A stretch of DNA of 64,000 nt from Nanobdellota archaeon (GTDB taxonomy: Archaea; Nanobdellota; Nanobdellia; Pacearchaeales; GW2011-AR1), in NCBI GenBank assembly GCA_038046005.1, contig JBBSXB010000001.1, forward strand, positions 32,001 through 96,000. The letters run 5' to 3'. The translations under genes and the position numbers were made by a program. The notes below the pieces were generated by a model. That model saw only the letters and a list, made by a program, of their open reading frames with translations. It did no database searches and had not been told where the DNA came from. This document shows, piece by piece, positions 9,087 through 17,437 of this stretch; positions within the stretch are counted from its first letter, which is position 1; each line of letters opens with the position of its first letter.

Positions 9087-9630
9087 CAAATAATTTTTTC
9101 AAAGAAGATGATTTGTATATAAGTTTTATGTCTGAAATAAATGGAACTGACTTGATTTTAAAAATCATTGCTCCTAAAAACCAAATTCCTACTACGAATA
9201 TGAAACTAAACAAATACAAAAAAGCTTTGTGAGTGAAATCAAAAAACTGCGAGTTTGTATTGATTAAAAATATTAAAATCAATATTCTGGCTATGTTCAG
9301 GATTAAGAAAGAAAGAAACAAGAATAAAAGCAGATAAAATCTTTTTATAATTTTTATTTTTGCTGTTGATAGATTAAGCATCAACAAAAGATAGTACGCT
9401 GACCCAGCTATGCAAGCGTTGATAAGTTCAATTGATGTGTTTGGAAGAATTATTTTGACCCCATTAATTGAAACATTAAAAAATAAACTTAGAATAAAAT
9501 AAACTGGATAAAGTGTTATTGGAGTAAAAATTGTATATAAATATTTTATGAAAAATAATCCTACAACCAACAGAATTATGTATCTGAATGAAATGTCTAA
9601 TATCTCTAAACTCGTCTTTTTCATTTTCAT
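9076..9630 (-). CDS. Archaeosortase/exosortase family transpeptidase (pacearchaeosortase-like)
   Basis: Multi-TM with candidate catalytic triad IELINAC(IAG), LNIAR, FDFTH. Confidence 0.75.
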   Translation of the reverse strand: MKMKKTSLEILDISFRYIILLVVGLFFIKYLYTIFTPITLYPVYFILSLFFNVSINGVKIILPNTSIELINACIAGSAYYLLLMLNLSTAKIKIIKRFYLLLFLFLSFLILNIARILILIFLINTNSQFFDFTHKAFLYLFSFIFVVGIWFLGAMIFKIKSVPFISDIKLIYKSSSLKKLFVKQ

Positions 9631-9672
9631 TAAATGGGAAATCTATTTAAATAATTTGATACTGGTAATGAA

Positions 9673-10293
9673 ATGAACAAAAAAAGAGTCGCATTAGGTT
9701 TTATCATGTTGGCAGTCATTATGATAATATTCTTTAAGTTTGATAATGAAATTGCAATATTTTTTGAGAGTATTAGAATAAGTTTTCTGAGTGAAATTTT
9801 TTTGGGAATAACATTTGTCAGCTCAGAAATAATAATTTTCTTTTTCCTTACAAGCCTCTTTCTTTGGCAAGAACACAAAAGAAAATGGATTCTTCCATTA
9901 TGGATTACACTTTTATTCTCAGCAATAGTTGGTTTTTTGTTGAAAATCTCTGTGCAAAGACTTAGACCTTATCAGATTGGAATTGTAAGCATTTTCCCAG
10001 CACTAAAAGAAACGGCTCATTATGTCTGGGACTTTTCTTTCCCTTCTTTTAATACGATGCTAGTTTTTTGTGCACTCCCAATCTTGTCAAAAGAATTTCC
10101 AAAGATGAAGTATTTTTGGATAACATTTGCAACAATTGTTGGATTGTCTAGGATTTATTTTGGACTGCATTTCGCAAGTGATGTCTTAGCTGGCGCAGTT
10201 TTGGGATATTTAATTGGAATTGGAGTATTAAAATTAGAAAAAGAAACAAAGTTTTCTGAGAAAATTTATAATAGGATTAGAAAGAGGAAATGA
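9673..10293 (+). CDS. PAP2 superfamily membrane phosphatase-like protein
   Basis: C1 KxxxxRxRP and C3 SRIYFGLHFASD present; C2 reads SFPSFN instead of PSGH. Confidence 0.8.
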   Translation: MNKKRVALGFIMLAVIMIIFFKFDNEIAIFFESIRISFLSEIFLGITFVSSEIIIFFFLTSLFLWQEHKRKWILPLWITLLFSAIVGFLLKISVQRLRPYQIGIVSIFPALKETAHYVWDFSFPSFNTMLVFCALPILSKEFPKMKYFWITFATIVGLSRIYFGLHFASDVLAGAVLGYLIGIGVLKLEKETKFSEKIYNRIRKRK

Positions 10294-10295
10294 AA

Positions 10296-10754
10296 TTATT
10301 TTGAAGTCCTTAATCGTTCAAATTCTTGCTTAAGCCAAGGAATGTAAAAATCCAACCCTATCTTTTGTCTTTCAGCTAAGGCTTTGATTATTTCTTCTTC
10401 ACCTACGAATGCAGATTCTGCTACATAAGTCGTGATTGGTTCTAAAGAAATATTTGGCATTCTGACTATTTCAAGATCGGGAGAATATAATCCTATTGTT
10501 CCTCTATTAGTTAAAAGATATTTTTTGACTTCACTATTATTAGAAAAGATTAAGTATAAATCTTCAGCGACCCCACAGGGATTTGGCAGCTTTCCAGCCA
10601 TAAGTTTTTCTTTAGCTTGAGTGATTAAAAAAGGTGGTGTAAGCACTTCATTCGAGGAGTTATCAAAAGCAACAAAATCTCCAGGATTGATGTCTAAATC
10701 TTCAAGGCTTCTTCCATCACCATAAACAATCCTTTTAACTAGCTCGTTAGACAT
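10296..10754 (-). CDS. Hypothetical protein
   Basis: 152-aa ORF coupled (TAATG) to the upstream surface-protein gene. Confidence 0.6.
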   Translation of the reverse strand: MSNELVKRIVYGDGRSLEDLDINPGDFVAFDNSSNEVLTPPFLITQAKEKLMAGKLPNPCGVAEDLYLIFSNNSEVKKYLLTNRGTIGLYSPDLEIVRMPNISLEPITTYVAESAFVGEEEIIKALAERQKIGLDFYIPWLKQEFERLRTSK

Positions 10755-12490
10755 TATTTTTTAAGAATAATTTTATTTTTTCTTGTAACTCTTATTGCAA
10801 CAACTATGATTAATATGACTAACACAAGATTAACAAGCCCCAAAACCCACAAATACCAATTGTCTCCGAACAATCCTGAAAGACTTGTTTTTGATCCTGT
10901 AATGAATATTGAAACTGGCTGATTTGCTACAAGCTGGTTTCCTGATGTTGCTTCTATATTGAATAATTGATCACCCGAAGCATCTTCCTTCACGTCGAAA
11001 ACAAATTTAACGTTTCCAGATTGGCCTGGAGATAGGGTCAATGAATCTTTGTCCAGGTTTACAGAGTTAGCCCATTGCGCAAAGCCCACAGCATTTAATG
11101 ATAATAATAGTTGTTTATTTCCAGTATTAGTTATAACTGCATTTATTGACAAAGGCTGTCCGGCTTTTCCGCCCGATGCAAGGTCTGCTGAAACTACAAC
11201 GGTGTCTCCTGTCTCTGATGGAGTACTACAGGATCCGACCTTGAATAAAATTGAGTAAATTGCCTCATCATTATTTTTGTTTTCAAAAACATTTGAATCT
11301 TCGTCATATACATAAAAGCTTGCTATGTAACTTTTAGGAGTTGTGTTTTGGGGGATAGGAATCTGAAAATCAACTTTTTTGCTGTCAAATGAATTTATGC
11401 TTCCAACATCAAAAATCTTTTTGAAATCGCCCAAGTCTTTAACAGCAACACCAACAGTTATCTTGTCTTGGTCTCTTGTCCCTATATTCCATGTATTAGC
11501 AGATATTGTCAAAGTATCCCCGCAGGACACGGTGTCTGGAACTTTAAAGTCTGTTAAGGTTACAAAATCTCTATCAATGATCATTTCAATATCTCTTGAA
11601 GTATAATCACAAGTCCTGTTCCCTTTAAAATCTCCTTGGTCTATGTCGCCGATTATTCTAGCATAAATAATATAGTTGTGGTTTCTGTCTAAGTCAGTTA
11701 GATCAACGTCTAAATCACTTTCATCAACAGTAAGAGAAATTGTGTAAGTATCCTCATCTCCATCACTAAGGTCAAAATTATCTTCTTCGCTAACTTCTTT
11801 TATCCAGTCTCCAGCATCCTGGTCATATATACCCCATTCAAGAGAAATGTCAGTTACATCATCATTTGCATCATTATTTTCTACTTTTATTTCAAATTCA
11901 ACTTCATCAAAAGGATACCATTTTCCACCACTTCCAGATCCACTTTTTACATCAAGATTATGAATGCTAACACCCAAATTTCCTTGATTTTCGCTAACTC
12001 CATGGCTGTAAACACAAAAATTTCCGGAAGTTTTGAAATCATCGTTGTTGGTTGAAGATTGAGTTACTGTAAGAATGATTGGCAAACTAAAAAAACTATA
12101 ATTAGTGTCATTTGTGTATTTTCCCGAAAGAATTAAATTCCCAGTATATGTCCCTATTGGTTGATTAGGGGGGACATTGAATGCTAAAGACATAGACCCA
12201 CTAGTTGTATTTTGATTTAAAGAAGGTATTACCCCACTTATGATTGACACTGAGTTAAGAGGGTTAGATGAGTCTTTAGCTAATGTTATGGGAGTGTTAA
12301 AAGTTATATTAGCCAAATTACCCTGCCCACTTTCTTTTGCTTGAAAAGAAACTATAACAGAATTACCCTGCATTACAGTAGTTGCAGTGTTTGCAGTGTT
12401 AACAAAAGCTACTGCCGCACTAGTTAATCCACTAAAAGCTGCAATTAACATTAATCCAGCAAAAATTAAAAGTAAATTCTTGTTTTTCAT
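10754..12490 (-). CDS. Putative second S-layer/surface protein with Ig-like (CARDB-like) domains and C-terminal TM anchor
   Basis: Signal peptide, acidic beta-rich domains (WNIGTRDQ, ITNTGNK), C-terminal TM helix plus basic tail. Confidence 0.75.
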   Translation of the reverse strand: MKNKNLLLIFAGLMLIAAFSGLTSAAVAFVNTANTATTVMQGNSVIVSFQAKESGQGNLANITFNTPITLAKDSSNPLNSVSIISGVIPSLNQNTTSGSMSLAFNVPPNQPIGTYTGNLILSGKYTNDTNYSFFSLPIILTVTQSSTNNDDFKTSGNFCVYSHGVSENQGNLGVSIHNLDVKSGSGSGGKWYPFDEVEFEIKVENNDANDDVTDISLEWGIYDQDAGDWIKEVSEEDNFDLSDGDEDTYTISLTVDESDLDVDLTDLDRNHNYIIYARIIGDIDQGDFKGNRTCDYTSRDIEMIIDRDFVTLTDFKVPDTVSCGDTLTISANTWNIGTRDQDKITVGVAVKDLGDFKKIFDVGSINSFDSKKVDFQIPIPQNTTPKSYIASFYVYDEDSNVFENKNNDEAIYSILFKVGSCSTPSETGDTVVVSADLASGGKAGQPLSINAVITNTGNKQLLLSLNAVGFAQWANSVNLDKDSLTLSPGQSGNVKFVFDVKEDASGDQLFNIEATSGNQLVANQPVSIFITGSKTSLSGLFGDNWYLWVLGLVNLVLVILIIVVAIRVTRKNKIILKK

Positions 12491-12621
12491 GTGTAATCAT
12501 TCCGCAGTTACTATGATTTATAAGCTTTTCTATTCAGTCAAATATAGGTTTGAAAAGAATTCTTGCAATGATAACAAAAATTTATATATTTCAATAGCAT
12601 GAGGATTTTGGTTGTATTAAA

Positions 12622-13014
12622 ATGCCAATTAGATCTCATGAAAATTCTGTCGGAGCATGGACTTTCCTAATAGGAGTTATTTTAGCTATAGTAATAGGCA
12701 TAACAACATCTTCTTTTCTCCCCATACCAACAATAAAAGCTTACAGTGCACAGATTTATGGAGTTTTAGTTTTGTTAGGATTAATTGTTGGATTCTCAAT
12801 AAAAGTCTCAAGCAAAGATTCGGAAACTTTTTTGATTGCTGGAGCAGTATTAGTCATTGTAAGTAAATTTGGAATGGAAAGTGTGACTGGATCATTGATA
12901 GGAATAGGGATTGGAGATACTGTCTCGTCAACTTTCGCAGCGTTGTTAGCATTATTTGTTCCTGCAACAATAGTTGTGGCAATAAAAAGAGTTTTCTTTG
13001 CAGCCAATATATAA
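12622..13014 (+). CDS. 4-TM hypothetical membrane protein
   Basis: Hydrophobic 130-aa ORF preceded by a TATA-like box. Confidence 0.7.
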   Translation: MPIRSHENSVGAWTFLIGVILAIVIGITTSSFLPIPTIKAYSAQIYGVLVLLGLIVGFSIKVSSKDSETFLIAGAVLVIVSKFGMESVTGSLIGIGIGDTVSSTFAALLALFVPATIVVAIKRVFFAANI

Positions 13015-13076
13015 TGGGTAATCTTGCGGGATGAGGACTGGATAAGTTTTAAATAAGAAAGATTTTCTTGCAGAGT

Positions 13077-13490
13077 ATGAAACTTAAAAAAATCCCAAAA
13101 ATAATTCAGAACGTTGAAACTTTTTTTTGGGGGTCCATGTTAATTGGTGGAGAAGTTATGCAAGAGCTTGCTAGTCATGGAGGAACAGAGTATAATTGGA
13201 GTGTTGGCCATCTTTCAGATATTGGTGCATCTGGAATGTACACTGCATTGTATTTAATGGAAGCAGACAAAAGAAAAAATAAACTTACTATTGCCCTGGG
13301 AATTCCTACACTCTTTTCTGTAGTGGAAGTAATGAGCCCTTTAATGACTAAACATTTCCCCCATCCATTTAGATATGATTATCAAGACATAATTTGTTAT
13401 TGGGGAGCATCATTTGTAGCCCTAGGAATAAAAGAATTATCAGAAAAGTTGTTTGATAAAAAATCTAGTTTAGAAAGTATGGCCAAATAA
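13077..13490 (+). CDS. Hypothetical membrane protein
   Basis: ATG 13077 after TTTTAAAT; hydrophobic segments. Confidence 0.6.
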   Translation: MKLKKIPKIIQNVETFFWGSMLIGGEVMQELASHGGTEYNWSVGHLSDIGASGMYTALYLMEADKRKNKLTIALGIPTLFSVVEVMSPLMTKHFPHPFRYDYQDIICYWGASFVALGIKELSEKLFDKKSSLESMAK

Positions 13491-13497
13491 AGTAAGA

Positions 13498-14325
13498 CTA
13501 CTCGCCTCTTCTTAATCTCATGAGATTTCTTTCGTCATCCACAAGTTTTTTCTTAGCCTGTTCTATTTTTCCTGCATTCTTTAGCTTGTTTATTTCAACT
13601 TGTGCTTCTTTTAGCTTTTTTTCTGCTTCTGCCAAAGACACACCATAACCTTCATTCATTCTGTGTTTTCTTTCTTCTAAGAAATCGCTCAACTTTCTAA
13701 CTTGGGGCCCTTTAACTTCTTTCCTTGGTTCATATTGTCCATTTCTCTTTTTTAAAACAAAGACACCTAAAAAGAAAATGCCTCCAATTGCTACTAAACC
13801 TATAAAGAAATAAAGAAATTGTTTTGAAAAAGATCCTTTACTTGTATCTTCAGAAGTGGAAAATCCTGTTAATCCTAGTTGTGGAGAAGCTGAAGAATTA
13901 TTTGAAGACGCAATTTGTTGAGAAACATTAACTTCTGGTTGGGTCGAATTTGCTGTATTGATTGTGTTTGAAGTATTAGCTGTAATTGGTTTGACATAAC
14001 TATCTGGGTAAACATCTAAGTTTATTGTTGAACCAATACCATAGTCATCAAATCTTTTGTAAACAATTACTTCATTATTTTTCTTAACCCAAACTTTAAG
14101 ATCTATTTTGTCCGTGTTATTTATTTCCAATGTCGCTGAAAATTTACCATCTGTGTCGGAAACGCCATAAATGCTTTGTATTAGGTCATAAAGGGAACCT
14201 GGTTGTATTGCACTCACCATAACATCGTGGTTTGAGAATGTTTGAACATTCACTGTAGTTGAGACAGCACCAACAGAATAAATCGACGTTAAGACTAAAA
14301 ATAAAAATATTACGCTCTTTTTCAT
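13498..14325 (-). CDS. Single-pass surface protein with cytoplasmic coiled coil
   Basis: Start adjusted to 14325 (MKKSVIFLFL signal peptide); Ser/Asn linker, LTGFST, TM helix, coiled-coil tail. Confidence 0.7.
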   Translation of the reverse strand: MKKSVIFLFLVLTSIYSVGAVSTTVNVQTFSNHDVMVSAIQPGSLYDLIQSIYGVSDTDGKFSATLEINNTDKIDLKVWVKKNNEVIVYKRFDDYGIGSTINLDVYPDSYVKPITANTSNTINTANSTQPEVNVSQQIASSNNSSASPQLGLTGFSTSEDTSKGSFSKQFLYFFIGLVAIGGIFFLGVFVLKKRNGQYEPRKEVKGPQVRKLSDFLEERKHRMNEGYGVSLAEAEKKLKEAQVEINKLKNAGKIEQAKKKLVDDERNLMRLRRGE

Positions 14326-14377
14326 TATTATAGTACTTTTAAAGTATTTATAAATTTTTTTACACCCAAAGATATAG

Positions 14378-14770
14378 TTAGTAGTCAAACTTTGATCTTT
14401 TTTGCTGATCATCTCTTGGTTTTGGAATATCTTTGTGGATTCTTGCGAAAGAAGGTGTTGCAATGATTACATTGTCTCCGAAACCAGCCACACTTCCATC
14501 AAGTGCATCAACTGTTTTCTTTATTTTAGAAATTGCCCTTTTCAACTCTAAAGGATCTTTCTGTCTTAACACCTTTATGTCTATTAAGGTTATTGTGTAA
14601 CCCTCTCTAAGAGCAGCCAGTATCTCATTAATGTCATCATAAACCCTTAGCATGTACAGTTTTATGAGAACTTTGTGGTCTTTTTGCTCTTGTTCCACAT
14701 CTATTTCCAGATATTCTTCATCAGAACTTGGCTTAGATGAAAATGCTTTTCTTAATTTATCGAACACCAT
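14378..14770 (-). CDS. sepF: Cell division protein SepF
   Basis: LREGYTITLIDIKVL...ELKRAISKIKKTVDALDGSVAGFGDNVIIATP matches the archaeal SepF pattern. Confidence 0.85.
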   Translation of the reverse strand: MVFDKLRKAFSSKPSSDEEYLEIDVEQEQKDHKVLIKLYMLRVYDDINEILAALREGYTITLIDIKVLRQKDPLELKRAISKIKKTVDALDGSVAGFGDNVIIATPSFARIHKDIPKPRDDQQKRSKFDY

Positions 14771-14821
14771 AGTAATTTGATAAAATCCATGTTTATAAAT
14801 ATTTCGTAAATAAATTGTATA

Positions 14822-15142
14822 TTATTTTGTATCACTAATTATCTCATCTCTGAGCTTTTCCAACCTGTCAGAAAGCGAAGATTCCTGTTTGTCGAGGGAT
14901 TTTAACCTTAAATCTAAGAGCTTTTCCTTGCTTTCAAGCTCTTCTTTAATTTTTTTCTTGTCAGTTTTTATCATCAATTGTCCAATTATCTTAAAAACCT
15001 CGTCTCCAGAATTTTGAAGCTCATTAGATGCTGCGCTTGTCTCTGAAAGTTCCATTTGAAATGCCTGTTTTTGAAGAAGAATGTTCTGCAAACTTTGCTC
15101 TATCAACTGCATCTCTTGCATCTTTTTCTCTGCTTCCACCAT
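14822..15142 (-). CDS. pfdB: Prefoldin beta subunit
   Basis: Coiled coil with central VFKIIGQLMIK hairpin; downstream of rpoP. Confidence 0.9.
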   Translation of the reverse strand: MVEAEKKMQEMQLIEQSLQNILLQKQAFQMELSETSAASNELQNSGDEVFKIIGQLMIKTDKKKIKEELESKEKLLDLRLKSLDKQESSLSDRLEKLRDEIISDTK

Positions 15143-15143
15143 T

Positions 15144-15281
15144 TTAGTCTGAGCTGACTCTTTTTACTTTGGTTCTTGGCTTAAAAAAAATCTTAGAACC
15201 ACAATGAGGACAGACGAATCTCTTTTGGAGATCTGAGTCGCTTATCTTCTTTCCACACTTGAAACATTTGTATTGAACCAT
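15144..15281 (-). CDS. rpoP: RNA polymerase subunit P (Rpo12), missing from the ORF track
   Basis: Hand translation MVQYKCFKCGKKISDSDLQKRFVCPHCGSKIFFKPRTKVKRVSSD; CxxC...CxxC zinc ribbon between L37ae and prefoldin. Confidence 0.9.
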   Translation of the reverse strand: MVQYKCFKCGKKISDSDLQKRFVCPHCGSKIFFKPRTKVKRVSSD

Positions 15282-15285
15282 TTTA

Positions 15286-15501
15286 TTATAGATAATAAGT
15301 ATTTGAGGCGAATTTTTTTCCGCATTTTTTACAATGCCATATTCCTTTTGAAGTTCTTTTCACACCAAGCTTTCCACAAAAAGGACATTTTTGTTTTTTT
15401 CTCTGTTTTTGTTCTACTTTAACTACTCTGTCCCTTACTCTCTTACCGTATCTTGCACCGAATCTTCCTGCTGATTTTGTTTTTTTTGATTTTGATGGCA
15501 T
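15286..15501 (-). CDS. rpl37ae: 50S ribosomal protein L37ae (eL43)
   Basis: AGRFGARYG...CPFCG...GIWHCKKCG. Confidence 0.95.
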   Translation of the reverse strand: MPSKSKKTKSAGRFGARYGKRVRDRVVKVEQKQRKKQKCPFCGKLGVKRTSKGIWHCKKCGKKFASNTYYL

Positions 15502-15547
15502 TTTTATTATTAGATATAAATCAAAAATTGCTTTTTAAAGGTTCTGT

Positions 15548-15901
15548 TTAGGAAGAAGTTAAGACTTCTAATTTTGATAAAACGAAATTGACTAGCTCTT
15601 TAGGAACAACTTCACACTCTTCCGTTTCAGAGAGAACTTTGGCTAAATTTCCAAACTCGGCTCCAGTAGCGATTAAAATGAAAGGATTATGAGTATCCAC
15701 ATCATTGGAAAATTTTTCTAAGTCTCTATTTGGAACTCTAACATAATCTCCGTCACGAGGGCAACTGACTAACCCATACATTTCCAAATTTGTAGTTAAA
15801 ACAATAGCGTGTTGCTTTATGTTAGGATTAGCCGTATCGAATCTAGCATATGCTAATTTTATACTTTCTATAGCGTTTGGTAATTGACTTGTATTTGCCA
15901 T
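15548..15901 (-). CDS. Hypothetical protein downstream of tRNA-Pro
   Basis: Start moved to ATG 15901 because the track start lies inside the tRNA. Confidence 0.55.
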   Translation of the reverse strand: MANTSQLPNAIESIKLAYARFDTANPNIKQHAIVLTTNLEMYGLVSCPRDGDYVRVPNRDLEKFSNDVDTHNPFILIATGAEFGNLAKVLSETEECEVVPKELVNFVLSKLEVLTSS

Positions 15902-15960
15902 AAAAAGAAAACTATTTATTGAGTTTTTAAAAGTTGTGGATTTTGGAATTTCTTTAATAA

Positions 15961-16033
15961 TGGGGATACCAAGATTTGAACTTGGGTCGCGAGGTCCCAA
16001 ACCTCGAAGGCTACCAGACTACCCCATATCCCC
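15961..16033 (-). tRNA. tRNA-Pro(TGG)
   Basis: GGGGATA acceptor stem, CGAGG-TT-TGG-GA-CCTCG anticodon arm, TTCAAAT T-loop; no encoded CCA. Confidence 0.95.
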
Positions 16034-16098
16034 TGTAAAACTAAGCGTTAAATTTTATTTATAAAAGTATTGATGAGATAAAAAACACAAAAAGAAAA

Positions 16099-16845
16099 TT
16101 ATTTTTTCTTCACTGCTTTCTTCTCATCTTTTGCCGGTGCTTTTGCAGGAGCTTTAGCGTCTGCCTTCGCTGGTGTTGCAGCCGTTGCAGCCGCAGGAGT
16201 TGCGCCAGCAGCTGGAGTTGCTCCAGGAGCCGCAGGAGTTGCAGCAGCTTTTTCAGCTTCGGCAGCTTGTTTAGCAGCTTCTTCCTTCTTTATTGCTTCT
16301 TCTTGCTTAGATTTTATTTCAGCGAATTCTTTGTCCAGCTTGGATTTCTTTTCAGGAGAAAGATGTGTTTTTTCTTCTTTTATTTCTTTATCATATTTTC
16401 CTTGAGATATTTCCTGAGAAACTTCTGCAGGAGATTTACATTCAACCAAAACTCCAAGACTGACACAAGTTCCAACAACTGATTTTACGGCTGCCTTTAG
16501 GTCTCTTGAAAGCATGTTTGGCATTTTTGTTTTTGCAACAGAAATTACCTGTTCTATAGAAATGTTTCCAGCATATAATTTTTTTTGAGTTCCTGATCCT
16601 TTTTCTATCTTTATTTCTCTTTTGATAAGTTCAGAAACTGGAGGAGAAAAAACTTTGACTGTAAATTCTTTTGTAGAAGAATTGACATCTATTTCTATTG
16701 GAACTTTAAGTCCTTCAAAGTTTTTTGTCGCGTCGTTCACTCTTTGAATAACCTGGCCAATATTAATTCCTGCAGGCCCAAGCTTCTGGCTCAAAGCAGG
16801 ATTTGGCTTCATTGCCCCGCCTTCTGTTAATATTTTAACTTGCAT
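16099..16845 (-). CDS. rpl11: 50S ribosomal protein L11 with long Ala/Pro/Lys C-terminal extension
   Basis: GGAMKPNPALSQKLGPAGINI...PPVSELIK...VVGTCVSLGV; start likely MQVK at 16845. Confidence 0.95.
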   Translation of the reverse strand: MQVKILTEGGAMKPNPALSQKLGPAGINIGQVIQRVNDATKNFEGLKVPIEIDVNSSTKEFTVKVFSPPVSELIKREIKIEKGSGTQKKLYAGNISIEQVISVAKTKMPNMLSRDLKAAVKSVVGTCVSLGVLVECKSPAEVSQEISQGKYDKEIKEEKTHLSPEKKSKLDKEFAEIKSKQEEAIKKEEAAKQAAEAEKAAATPAAPGATPAAGATPAAATAATPAKADAKAPAKAPAKDEKKAVKKK

Positions 16846-17287
16846 CTTCCTCGTCTCTTCTGACAACTTTCAAGTTGTCCAATTTAATTGTAACTGGCAA
16901 TGGAACAACAGCTCCAAGCAAGCTTACTACTGCTTCTTCTTTCTGTTTGTCTATTCTTATAACTTTCGCTTTTTCTTTTTTGAATGGCTCAGATATAATT
17001 TCTACAATGTCTCCTTCCTTGATTAAGATGTCAACAATGCTCGGCTCTATCATATTTTTTATTTCTTCGTAGCCTATTGTTTTACCAATGATTCCCTTGA
17101 CATAAGGCAGATTGAAAACTGCTTCTTCTGCTGATTCCCTGTCTTCAGCTTCGAGCAAAACATAGCCCCTAAGTCCATGAGGCCTTAAAACAGAATATAC
17201 ATTAAGGGATTTTTTTTCTGACCTTTCAGCTATCATTTCGACTGCCCGGTCTTCTTTGTTTGTCGTGACTTTTATAATAAATAACAT
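16835..17287 (-). CDS. spt5: Transcription elongation factor Spt5
   Basis: NGN domain (LRGYVLLEA) plus KOW (GDIVEIISEPFKKEKAKV). Confidence 0.95.
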   Translation of the reverse strand: MLFIIKVTTNKEDRAVEMIAERSEKKSLNVYSVLRPHGLRGYVLLEAEDRESAEEAVFNLPYVKGIIGKTIGYEEIKNMIEPSIVDILIKEGDIVEIISEPFKKEKAKVIRIDKQKEEAVVSLLGAVVPLPVTIKLDNLKVVRRDEEDAS

Positions 17288-17295
17288 TTTTCAAA

Positions 17296-17417
17296 ACCTA
17301 CGGTTTTGTATCCCTCAAGCGACTTCCTTTCTTTGCCTCCGATGGAAGTCTGTACAAAACCTTTGTGTGTTTAGCTCCGTCTAGGACTTAATTCCTTAAG
17401 AAGGAGTAATATTAGGT
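17296..17417 (-). ncRNA. Candidate structured cis-regulatory leader RNA of spt5-L11
   Basis: Stems GGTTTTGTA/TACAAAACC (9 bp), GACTTCC/GGAAGTC (7 bp), CTTAA-GGAA-TTAAG (GNRA loop on minus strand), outer ACCTA/TAGGT. Confidence 0.45.
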
Positions 17418-17437
17418 AAAATTGTGTGTTTAAAAAT

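Noticed and set aside
15902-16000. Track starts at 16000, 28263, 14463, 24068 and 41972
   Set aside because: They fall inside tRNAs or upstream genes; downstream ATGs with proper promoter or coupling context were used instead.
17296-17417. Assignment of the spt5 leader to a known class (c-di-GMP, SAM, SRP, 5S, hammerhead, canonical L1 site)
   Set aside because: The required consensus nucleotides are not present; kept as an unclassified structure.
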